Source: Macrostomum lignano
Lineage: Eukaryota
Length of the DNA: 64,000 nt
NCBI GenBank assembly: GCA_002269645.1
Contig: NIVC01000102.1
Coordinates: 825,950 to 889,949 of the forward strand
Direction of reading: 5' to 3'
Shown here: positions 23,314 through 34,673 of the stretch, in pieces
Position numbering within the stretch: the first letter of the stretch is position 1
Layout of the letters: every line of letters starts with the position of its first letter
The notes under the pieces: model-generated
What the model saw: the letters and a program-made list of their open reading frames with translations, nothing else
What the model was told of the DNA's origin: nothing
Database searches by the model: none
Position numbers and translations under genes: made by a program

Positions 23314-26300
23314 GTGGCGTCGCAAGCACAGGCTACGAAAATGCCTGGAAGTACGCCAGCATCGCCAACTAAAGGAGTTGGTAAAACGGTTTCGAGCGAC
23401 AAAGCACCACCGCTTGCGATCTCGTCGAAATCAGTCCAAGCGACAAAGTCGGCAACAGCGGCAGCGCAGAACCCAAGCGCACAAGTATCGAGAGGACAGC
23501 AAGTTGACATCGAAAACTCGATGAAAGCTCGAACTTCCAGAGGTGGTTGGACCGATTCACACTGTGCAGCGAACTCAACGGCTGGCAGGACGACACGAAA
23601 AACAAGCTGCTGCTGATGAAGCTCAGCACCAAGCCGTACGACGCATTGGCAGATCGAGCCGCTCCCAAGAAGCCGGGAGAAAAGAGCTTCGATGAACTGA
23701 CCAAACTACTGGCCAGCATCCTGGAACCAAAGACGTTCGTCATGGCTGAGAGATTCAATTTCCAGCATATCACTCGCACGGCATCAATGAGCATTCGTGA
23801 GTATGCACAGCAACTCTGCATGCAGGCAGACAAGTGTCAGTTTGGCCTATCCAGAGATGAGAGACTGAGAGATCAGCTCGTATTCGGTTTGAATGACAAG
23901 GTGGCCATCAGCAAGTTATTGGAACAGGACTTCAGCACTTTCACGTTTGAGACAGCTATCAACATCGCTGAGGCGCACCAGAACCTATCACAAACGCAAA
24001 TACTAAAGGGTTGCACCAGTCAGCCGCAGTCTTCTAAATAATGAAAATTTCAGCATCGGTGGCCAGAGGCTCCCACTCTACAAGCTCCAAGTGTGGCAGA
24101 TGTGGCACAATGCATGGCTCCAATGAAGGGTGTCCTGCGAAAGGAAAAACGTGCAACAAATGTGGCATGCAAAACCACTTCGCAACAGTTTGCAAAACGA
24201 AATCAACTGGTTTTGGCAAAGGCCGAAAATCGTTCAAAAGCCCGTCAGCATCTGGTCAATTTAGGCGAGCTGCAGTGTGGCCAAGGACCACAAGCTTTGT
24301 AGATTCAAGCGAAGCTGAACAGGAGGATTGTTTTCACATTCGACATCCTGTTGATAGTTACACCGTGCCTGTTAGGCTCAGAAACACGAGCGGGTCGATG
24401 CTTAGCGTGAACGCACAAATTGATACTGGGGCAGGAGTTTCGGTAATGTCAAAAACAATCTGGAAACGATTGGGTTGTCCAAAGCTGACACCTACAGACA
24501 CTGTTCTGACAACATACGCTGATACGCAGATGAAGGTCTTTGGAACACACGACACTGAGTTGCAGTACAATGACGAGTTCATTCCAATCACATTCTTCAT
24601 TGTGGAATCGCAGAGGAACTTTGTTCTGGTTGGCCAAGACAAGCTCAATTTCACGCTAAACGCTGTAGACAACAGCTGCACATCGGCAACCCAGTCATGC
24701 AAATTTCCACCAGTAACTCTTAAGATCAAGGAAGGAACCACTCCAATTCATTGCAAACCCAGGCCGCTACCCTTCGCAATCAGATAGGGAGTCAAGGATG
24801 AAATCGATCGGTTGCTTGAAGAAGACACCATCAAGCCCGTCAAGTTCAGTGAATGGGCCTCACCAATTGTCGTGGTCAAGAAACCTTCTGGAAAGCTCAG
24901 ACTTTGCGTCGACTACAAGGTGACAATCAATTCTCATCTTATCAACGATTCACATCCGATGCCTGCACCTGACGAAGTGATTGCAACTGCTGCTGGCAGC
25001 CGGATATACACTCGTCTGGACCTAGAGAAAGCTTATCACCAGATCCCACTAAATGAAGCTTCCAAAGAGCTGACAGTAATGTCAACACCATTTGGGATGT
25101 TCGCTTTCAACAAGCTTCCGTTCGGAGTGAAAGCAGCACCTGCGATCTTCCAGCGGTACATTAGCCAAGTCCTACAAGGAATTCCTGGCGTCATTGCCTA
25201 CGTAGACGACATATTGATATGCGGCAAAGGCGTAGAACAATTGGCAGTTCGTGAGACGGAAGTATTGCATCGACTAAACCAGCAAGGATTGAAGATCAAC
25301 ACGGCGAAAAGTGAATTCCGCAAGACTTCGATCAAGTTTCTAGGCTATTTATTGGAAGGAGATCAGCTCAAGCCGGACCCAGCCAAAGTGAAGGCAATCC
25401 AGGACATGACACCACCGCAGAACGTTGGCGAGCTTGAATCCTTCCTGGGTCTCGTAAATTTTAGCGGCAAGTTCATCAGAAACCTAGCTGCACTGACCAA
25501 GCCTCTCAATCGACTAAGAAAGAAAAATGAGGACTTCGTGTGGACGAAGGAGTGTCAAATAGCATTTGACGAAATCAAGGTCACTCTCTCTGATCAATCG
25601 AGTCTTCAAATATTTGATCCGGAGAAGCCCATTGAACTGGAATGCGACAGTTCTCAGCGAGCTCTGGGCGGAGTGTTGACACAAAGCGGTCAAGTCGTGC
25701 TGTACATGAGCAAGACTCTGTCTGACGCCGAAACAAAATATTCGCAAATAGAGCGTGAAGGCCTGGCACTGGTTTGGTGCATTCAAAGATGCCATCGGTT
25801 CTTGTATGGCCGGAGGTTCACACTGATAACTGATCACCGGCCCCTCACATACATATTCGCGCCAGATAAACAGCTGCCCACCAGAGTTTCAGCTCGACTA
25901 CAACGATGGGCAATCATGCTAGCTGCTTATGACTATGTCATACAGTATCGACCATCAAAGCTAATGCTGTCGGATGCGCTATCTCGACTGGTGCCCGCTA
26001 AGCCTCCTGGCCGAATGCACAGACAGCATCGATCGGACTCCTCGAAGCTGACAACCCGGGAGTAATTCAGCTGGATCGCATTGCACACGCAACAAGAGAG
26101 GACCCGGAGTTCAGATGCCTGGGCGCAGCCATAATTAACAATAAACTATTTGACGACCCACACCTACTCAGCTACTCAAAGGTTCAAGATGAGCTAGCTG
26201 TCAATGATGGAATTATTTACAGAATGAACAGAATTGCATTGCCTCGTGTCCTGAGAGAAACTGCCCTGGCAGCTGTACACTCAACGCACCTTGGGGTGGA

Positions 26301-27342
26301 AAAGTCAAAGTCGATTTTGAGGGAACAGTTCTGGTGGCCACAGATGGACAGTGACATCGCTGACTACATTGGACGATGCAACGTGTGCAACGCGTACAAG
26401 TCCAGAAATAAGAACTTTCGGCACTCGTGACCAGAACCTGACAACCCCTGGGAGCGAGTGCACATTGATTTTGCCGGTCCGATAGAGGGCAAGTACCTAC
26501 TCATCATTGTGGATGCGCACTCGAGCTACCCGGAAGGCTTCATCACGAGCGACATGAAGGCCGACACAGTCATTTCCAGACTTAGAAGATTGTTCTCACA
26601 ACAGGGGGTGCCCAAGTGTCTCGTGTCAGACAACGGCCCTAGTTTTGTGAGCGAAGCGGTGACCGGCTGGCTCACCCAGATTGGCTGTTCGCACATCACA
26701 ACGCCCGCCTACCATCCACAGAGCAACGGCATTGCAGAGCGAATGGTGCAAACAGTCAAAGAGACAATCAAGACCAATGGTTTATCCCAAAGAAGTATTG
26801 ACAGATTTCTACTGTTCTACAGAGCTGCCAAAGGGAAGCAGCAAGCATCACCGTCCGAGTTGTTGAACGGCAGACAAATAAGACTCCCCATCTCGGAGAG
26901 CAGCACTCAGTCCAAGTGGATCCCAGGAGAATCACTCATCTACCGTGCATCGAGTTCTCATGAGCCACGAACTGTGAGATTCGTAAAAATGCTTGGCAGC
27001 AACACAGCAGTCGTCACCACAGAGACTGGACGAAATCTAAAGACCCACCTTGATCAACTACGAATCGGTGAGGTACCTGAGGCTCACGGAACTACGGAAA
27101 TGGGGGATTCCAAGCCCGGTGGCAACGGTCCAAGTGACGACGGCCAACAGACGCGTCCGTCATCGACAGACACTGAGATACTACCGGGAACAGAACAAGC
27201 TGAGAGAGCACGATAGCAACAGACTGAGGCCGGAGTTCAATCCAAGCCGTCACCCAGGCAAAGCGAACGCTTGGCCAAGAAAACTAGAATTTTTTATCGC
27301 ACCTGAGTGATAATTGTACACCTACCTATAGAAGAGGGAGGG

Positions 27343-27501
27343 TGTTGTGGGTTGATGGCTTTGCCATAGACATTTTTGTTACGCGACTGCGTTGATGAAT
27401 TGAACCATGCTATTGAGTTATTAAATAAATAATAGATGCGTCAGAGGTCAACAGACCGCTAGACTGACAATTGCTAAAGGCTAAAACCAAAAAGCACAAC
27501 A
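27343..27501 (+). repeat. 3' LTR (159 bp)
   Basis: Follows the PPT; followed by TSD GTAAT, then the LINE frame resumes (AASSPSCN|SIEQQLNSYL). Confidence 0.95.
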
Positions 27502-29149
27502 GTAATTCCATTGAACAACAACTGAATAGCTATCTCGCTGACCTCGCTCCGTTCCTTGAGTTGCGCAAGCTCCAAATTTCTAGATCAAAGTGCACGGCCA
27601 CTCTGTTCAGTCCTGACCAGCTTGAGTACTCTCGCCAGCTAAACGTTTCCATCAACGGCTCCCTACTACCGCAGGCCCTCCATCCAAAAATTCTGGGCGT
27701 GACCCTCGATCCAAAACTCTCCTTCGCGAGACACATCTCCATCCTTGCGGAGAAAGCCCGGAAAAGAAACTGCCTGCTACGTTGTCTTGCCTGCTCATTC
27801 CGGGGCTGCTGCAAGGAACTTTTGCTGACCACCTATAAAGCGCTAGGCAGAAGTCTGCTCGACCATGCTGCGCCGGTCTGGGGCCCATCATCTCCAACTC
27901 GTCCTGGACTCGGCTTCAATCGGTCCAGAATGCAGCGATTCGCGGCATCACCGGCTGCACTGCCCTTACCTCTGAAGCGGACCTACATAGTGAAGTCCAG
28001 CTGCTCACCGTCCGCCAACACAACCGGCTTCTTTCGCTTCAGTTCAAGCTCCGCGCCAGACGCCCTGAACACCCGTGTCACCACCTTTCCAGCCTTCCTC
28101 CGCCGCGCAGATTCATGAAAGCCTCCATCTTCACGGCTCAACATTTCAACGCCGATTGGACGCCGGTTCCGGCCCCGGACGTCCTCGACGCTGCTGCCTG
28201 GGATCGCGCCAGGCGGGCCCAGCACACGCAGGCAGTACAGGCCATGCTGGACAGCCTGCCACTGAACCGTGTCATTCAAGCGCAACGGCCCGCGATCCAC
28301 CGTTCCGAAGTTCGCCTCCCCCGCCGCATGCGGTGCACAATGGCGCAGCTTCGCTCCGGTTTCTGCCCGCTTCTCTGCGACTTTTAGTCGAGGATCAACC
28401 AAGGCGTCGCCGCGGTTTGTCCAGATTGCGGCCTTGAGCCCCAAACGGTGGTTCATCTATTAAATAGCCCTACCTATCCGACGTAGCTTTGTCCGAGTGA
28501 CTTACGGACCAACCCGATCGAGACATGCACCTTCCTGGAGTCGGCAACCCTTGGCGGGCTGGGACCCCGTTTGAGGTTAATACACACTGTCAACGGAATC
28601 CTGGTGAATCTCACCGATCCCACTGAACCACTGCCAGATATCATGAGGTCATCCGATGCAATCGTCGATGTCCTTCGGTTTTTAAATGTCTCAAAAACAT
28701 CCATCACAATTTGTTACTGGTCAAAAAAGATTTGACTGGAAACGAGAAGAACCATTTGCTTTATCATGATTTATTTACTTACAGCATCTCGAGGCTTAGT
28801 CTATGGTACGGAAAGTACACCGTGTCGCTCAGTGTATCTATGGCCGGCGTTCAGCCTCCAGTGTGGTCAACCTCATAGCTGACTATCAGCATTTTTAAGA
28901 CGCCGATCAGGACCAGAAGTTTCGGTTTAAAACACCACGTTAAGCCTGAGTGTTGAAAAATTTACTCACGACTTTTATGTCAGCGAAGTAAATCTTACTG
29001 GCTTCAAATTTTACTGCTGACCAACATCACGGAACCATTAAGTTTCCATTTCCGAGTCTTCACACACTGGTTGCTATGGAAATTATATTGGCCTCTTCTA
29101 TAGTGGAGGGCAGCTGCCATAGAAATATGAACCTATCATACGCTTCCAA

Positions 29150-29650
29150 ACCACTCTTATGCTGTTCGCGTCACAGCTCAGAAAGACAGTCGCCAAGATG
29201 CCGCACTTTTGAGCTTGCTGATTTGGCTACAGCCTGCGACAATTTTAAGCGCAAGGTCGAACATATCGTGTCAGAATTACCGCTCATAATCGAAACTTAA
29301 CATGAATTTTTTGTGCATTATATCTGATTAAATTAATTCGATTTTAGTCAAGATCTGCTGACGACCGTATTCGCCAACCAGCCGAATGTGATGCTTGCGC
29401 GCCACAGATTCCGGGAATGTTATCAGCTACCTGGAGAGGACGCAGCAACCTTTCTGTCAGCCACCTGCTAGTACGGTGTTCTGGCGGACGAAATGATTCG
29501 TGACCAGCTGGCCCAGAGGACGAGCAGCACCCGGATACGCAAGTCTCTTCTGACGGAGGAAGCGGCTACGCTGACTCAACTGTACCGTCACTATTGCCAC
29601 GACATACGTGCGACGATCAGAGCCGAGTTACAGCTAGGTGGCAGCCGTAA
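29150..29650 (+). mobile_element. Gypsy gag fragment
   Basis: ADEMIRDQLAQRTSSTRIRKSLLTEE resembles the gag RDQL motif seen in the other elements here. Confidence 0.45.
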
Positions 29651-30279
29651 GATTGTCAGCCTTGTGGTGGCCAGAGACAGGTGCATCATTTGTCTATCCT
29701 TTTCGCGCCGGAGCTAGAAATACAAAAGCTCCGCTCCTGCCGACATGCCGACCATAGACCATAGCTAGAATCTTATTGCGCCCCTGTGCAAAGCCTTTCT
29801 AGCCGAGAAGGCAGCATTTTATACTTAGCTTGGACAAACCTAGGGTTGAAAAAAGCAGTTTCAAAGTGCATTTTACTTAATGCTCTCTAATTAGATTATG
29901 CAGTGTGTACACTCGATGTCTAGCTATAGACACTACAGTTCACTTTAAAATCTCCAAACACGCCTTTTTGAAAGAGAAAGCACTACACCTCCTTAATACG
30001 AGCAGTGCATCATTTTATTGAAAAGTAAATCAGCTACAAGCATGGAAATTTTGCGTACATCGGATTCTAAGACTGATGATGTCATCACAGAGAATGCTGA
30101 AACTGAATCGCTGCATTCCATTGCAGATAAGTAGGACTTTTTTCATCCATTTTTCGTATGATTTCGCTGGCCATGCTCGGCAGGAACGGCTACTGTGCAG
30201 CACATAACTTTTCTTTTACCATAGATTCCAAACAATTAATAGCAGTAAAGGCTGTTGGGTCAGCTCTGCTGACCATTGG

Positions 30280-32942
30280 GCAGCTTAAAGCTATAGCCAG
30301 TACTCATTTGTACGCGTCTCTTTACAGTTAAGAAGCCCACAGGCTGAAAGAAATAAACGAGCGCACTTTTCCTTTTCTCACTGGCTTCGCGATCGCGAGT
30401 CACTTCATTCGTGAGCCCGACTATTTAAACTGCAAGTTTGAGCATGCCTGAGCACGCAGAAGACGCAGCGCCTCAGAAATTCAACCACCAAGGCTGTAGC
30501 GGTCAAGTTGCCGACATTTTGGCCTGCTCAGGCATGGGCTTGGTTCATCCAGGCCGAGGCACATTTGAGCCTCCAAGGAATAACACGAGACAAAACTACA
30601 TACCAGCATTTGGACGCATCTCTGGATCAGCATTCGGTCAGCGACTTCTGGACGTACTGGAGAAGCAGTGACACACCTCGCCGACAAGCTTTGGGCCAGC
30701 CGAGCCCAGTCGTTGGTGGCCGAAGTTCAGCAGCTCGACAAGCTAGTAGTTGCGGCCGCCCGCAAGAGCAGTAGAAGCCGTTTCTCCCGCGACCGGCCAT
30801 CACTGCGTCCCTCCGAGGAAGCCACTGATCTGTGCTACGTTCATAAGAAGTTCGGCACAAAGGCCAGACGTTGTGAAGCGCTTTGTCAATTTCAGGGAAA
30901 CGGGCGGGTGTCAGTGAACAGCTCTGCGGCCGGCAGCAGCAGCAGCCTGCTCCTCATCCCGGATTTACAGACAGACCGGCGTTTCCTAATAAGCACGGAC
31001 GCTGAAGTCAGCATATTTCCAGTGGCAGGGGCAGACATATGATTTTCTCCAAAGCCCACCGCTCTACGCAGCCAAGAGCAGTCGGATCAGGACCTCCGGT
31101 ACCTGCCAGCTAACTCTGGATCTCGGCTACTTGTCGTTCCTTGGCGGCCCTGTGGTAACTCCAGGAGGCTCAACGACGCCACGATGCCCGACCGCTATCC
31201 AGTGTCGTCACTGCCAGTGCGCCGAAAAGTCACATTCAGGACTTTTCGGCACACCTGGAGGGTAGCTCGGTTTTCGCCAAAATTGACCTAGTGCGAGACT
31301 ACCACCAGATGCCCGTCGCGCTGCCGACGTTTTCAAGACCGCTGTCATCACACCGTTTGGCCTCTTCGAGTTCCTGCGAATGCCGTTTGGGCTCAAGAAC
31401 GTCGCCCAAGCTTTCCAGCGTCCCGTCGATTCAATCTGCCAGGACCTTGATTTTGTCTTCGCCTACATCGATGATATCCTGGTGGCCAGCCGCGGCTCGC
31501 AGCAGCACCGGGAGCACATAGCTGAAAACGGCCTTACCATCAACCCGGACAAGTGCGATCAAACTTCCTGGGCCACTAGATCAACGCTCAAAAAGCCATG
31601 CTGCTGCCCGGCAGCACCATTGCTCTGGCGGATACCAACCTCCAGCTCAAGCCACTGCAGCTCGGCTCTGGAACCGCCCCGCTCTGCGATATCTCCACCG
31701 GCCTGCTGCGTCCTTTGGCACCTCCGGATTTCTGTCGCGCAGTTTTCGACGCCATCCACGGCCTCGCTCACCCATCGGTCCGCAGATCAAGTCGCCTTAT
31801 GACTGTAAAGTTCGTCTCGGCCGGCAGGAACAATGACATTAGCCAGTGGGCCCGCAACTGCGTCGCTTGCAAGACGGCCAAGGCTCATCGGCATGTTATC
31901 GCACCTGTAGGTAGAACAGGTCCCCAACCAGCGTTTCGCCCCCACATCCATGTCAATCTGGTGGGGCCACTGCCACAATCCCAGGGTTTCACGCAGCTGT
32001 TTACAATAGTAGACCGTTTCACCCGGTGGCTAGAGGCGAGTCTATTGCCGACACGTCAGCAGCTGCATGTGCATCCGCTCTAATTGCTCACTGGATCGCC
32101 ATGTCCAGTGTACCAATAAATATCACCTCGGACTGGGGCGCACCGTTCACTTCGTAGTTGTGGACCAACCAACATCACCCGCCTACTTGGCATGCAGTTG
32201 CATGCGACAACGGCTTTCCATCCGGTGAAAAGATTTCACCGGCAGCTCAAGGCTTCATTGATGGCGCGCTTGTCAGGATCAGCCTGGGTCAGCGAGTTGC
32301 CCTGGGTGTTGCTAGAGGTCTGCACAGCTCTCAAGGAGGACCTGCCGGCATCATCGGCAGAGCTGGTGTACGGGGCGCCGCTCAGTGTCTCTGGAGAGTG
32401 CCTGATGCGCAGCATCACCGATGCTGGCGGCCACGACCAGTTCCTGGTTCAGTTGTGCACAGCCCTGCAGACTTTTCGGCCGGTGCCGACGTCGCACTAT
32501 GGCAGACGACCATCCGCCTGGCCCGCAGCTTTCAACACCTGCAAATTTGTTATTATGTGCCTGGACGGCTCTCCACTCCAGAAGCCATACGCCGGGCCAT
32601 TCAGAGTCATCGAGAGGGAAGCCAAGACATTTTTGTTAGACCTGGGCACGCGGTGGCGCGATTGGCTGAGCGTTGACAGTTTAAAGCCGGCCATTCTCGA
32701 TATCATCGACCCTGTCCTACAGCCGGCTCTTCGCCCACGGGGTCGCCCCGGCGCGTGCCGGTCAAAGCAGTGCTGACCGGCGCATTTCGGCAGGTAGCTC
32801 AACGCTGGGTGGGGGGAGCTGTGTGGCGGCCAGAGACAGCCGCATCATTTGTATATGACCACTTCTGATTTTTATTCGTCTCGTTTCAGTCAAGGAGCCC
32901 ACAGGCTAAGATAAATGAACGAGCGCACATTTCATTTTCTCA
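30280..32942 (+). mobile_element. Degenerate, internally deleted Gypsy element with LTR remnants
   Basis: Gag KLPTFWPAQAWAWFIQAEA and LCYVHKKFGTKARRC. RT PFGLKN…AYIDDILVAS. Integrase HVNLVGPLP…IVDRFTRWLEA. PPT ggggggag before the LTR at 32820; similar LTR sequence at about 30290-30380 and about 29663. Confidence 0.85.
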
Positions 32943-33185
32943 CTGGCAAAGCGATCACGAGAAACTTCAGCCTGATGGTCGACTGCTGGGCTGAAGTGTC
33001 ACTGATGAGCGAAGCCATAGCAAGGACCTGGGGAGAATAGCAGCTAAGACCTTCTGCAATGCAGCTAAAAGCTTGCGGCGGAAAACAGATTGCGACCGTT
33101 AAACACAAGAGTCGTTAGCTGCAGCACGATTTCTACATCATGAGGTCGGGCAAAAAGATCATTGGCCGCGACCTAATGGATAAGA

Positions 33186-34673
33186 TTGAATTCCGGGTAC
33201 AACTGCAGCCACTTGAGGTCGAGAATAGTATCGTCAGTGAAGAGGAATCTGCAAAGGGGCGGTGAACAAGCCGAGAGTAAATGCAGTTGTGCCTCCAGTG
33301 CCTTTCATTCAAAAATAACAGAAGGTAGGCAGCGCTGCCGCCGTCACCATCGTGGTGACTTTGTGGGGCTTATCTTCATTCCCATCAATACCATTTTGAG
33401 ATGGGCTGACAAGCGAAATAGCATACTGGTTAGCTGTTCAGTTATTTTTAATACTCTTCTTGCAAAAACAAAATCTTAAATGCGAAAATGCTTTCAGTTT
33501 ACCTACAACCACTGATAGATGGCAGAAGTCTGGCGCAAGTCTACCTCATCAACGCATTCAACGGAAAACTTGACTGCTGTGTACAAAAAATCTGCATGAC
33601 TGTTGTTGGAACATCTTGTAGTATAGAATATTCCAGAATACTTGACGATGGAATCCGACAGGTGAAACGCCGTTTAAAAGCGATAAAATCCGTTGCACTA
33701 GATTCACATATAATGGCACGAAATTTCAGAGCTTCAATAGCAATACCATTGATCGATTCCACATGACGACAGGCAGTAATTTAGGAGATATTCTCAAAAT
33801 TCAACTGCAAATGACTGCCGCGCATGAGGAATTGGAGCTCTGGATGCTGAGAAAGATTGTTGTCACGGACAGTCACTAAAGACATGCATGAGTGGTCGCT
33901 AAATCCTGATAGATGAATCTCTCTGATTATATCTATAAAACTTTGCGTACAACTTCTTCATACCGCACACCCCACTGAGCGATGACGGACAGCCTGTATC
34001 AACTTATCTGTCTTCCCACGGCGACACGAGCCGTTCACCGGCTATCCTCCGCAACAACTTTGGTTGCAAGCTCACAGACGAGCACTTGTGGGTAACCGTG
34101 ATGAAGCGATCTACTGAGACAAATTTCTCTAGACTGCAGCGCTTCACCACCTGCTTCAGTGCACTTCATCACTATGGTGACGAATGCAATGTTCTGTGCA
34201 GTGGGCGATGCGATATCGGCAGGTCAGCCGGACCCCAAGCTTTGACGGCTGATCATGTCCTTGGGCTTCCTGATTGTGTCCATGATGAGTGCACTCATTG
34301 TGGTGCCAGTCACTACTACCATCACGGTGATATTCCTAACGTCAAGGCAATCTCAAGAGCCGAACTCTGATAATGGTGAATGGCAGCCTCCTCACCAACG
34401 TTCGGACAGACAAAATATCTGTCTTGTAAATCGTATAATGTTTAACAAGATATGCATCTGACTTCGCTTATTTTAGAGCGAACCTGATATATAAGCAGTC
34501 GAGTGCGACAACCTGCAATGCACCTCCATTCAGCCTCTAAAAGAGACAAGGAAGCCAGTTTAGCTTCCAATTACAGGTGTCAGTTTTAGTGGGTGGTTTA
34601 TAGCGCTCAGCACATCGTTGAATCTGAATTCATTATCGTCTTCTATGTAAAGGATTGGGGCAGGTGAAGTCAC
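33186..34673 (+). pseudogene. GPS-TM1-PLAT-TM2/3-TM4 region of the PKD1-like gene
   Basis: YNCSHLRS (GPS); LIFIPINTILRWADKR (TM1 end); WMLRKIVVTD (PLAT); ILRNNFGCKLTDEHLWVTVMKRSTETNFSRLQRFTTCFSAL, then shifted ITMVTNAMF and SMMSALIVVPVTTTITVIF; GWFIALSTSL…FIIVFYVKDWG. Confidence 0.85.

Larger units (their letters stand above)
23155..27501 (+). mobile_element. Full-length Gypsy/Ty3 LTR retrotransposon with several inactivating lesions, nested in the LINE RT
   Basis: 159-bp LTRs at 23155-23313 and 27343-27501 (TG…CA, about 6 differences). TSD GTAAT (23150-54 and 27502-06). PBS TGGCGTCGCAAGC at 23315; PPT agaagagggaggg. Gag with 2 zinc knuckles, DTGA, YVDD, RNase H and integrase (HIDFAGP, SDNGP). 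Stops at 24785 and 26428, plus frameshifts. Confidence 0.97.
20760..28585 (+). mobile_element. APE-type non-LTR retrotransposon (LINE; 2A-like, PHD, endonuclease, RT, CCHC), about 3.5 kb excluding the nested Gypsy, inactivated
   Basis: 7-bp TSD ACTGTCA (20753-20759 and 28586-28592). PHD CSVC…CTAC…WLH…C. APE QWNASG, ILESKL, GDWNVHH, SSDHLPI. RT AFDCVDH, GVPQG, YADD. C-terminal CPDC…H. Frameshifts, stops and a deletion between SYR and AFD. Confidence 0.9.

Noticed and set aside
24030-24045. Programmed gag frameshift
   Set aside because: The shift falls upstream of the zinc knuckles, inside gag, with no X XXY YYZ slippery heptamer. An indel or sequencing error is more likely.
24785-24787. Programmed readthrough TAG between Gypsy protease and RT
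   Set aside because: It lies within the conserved RPLPFAIR-x-VKDEI segment rather than at a gag/pol boundary, and the element has other stops and frameshifts. A point mutation is more likely.
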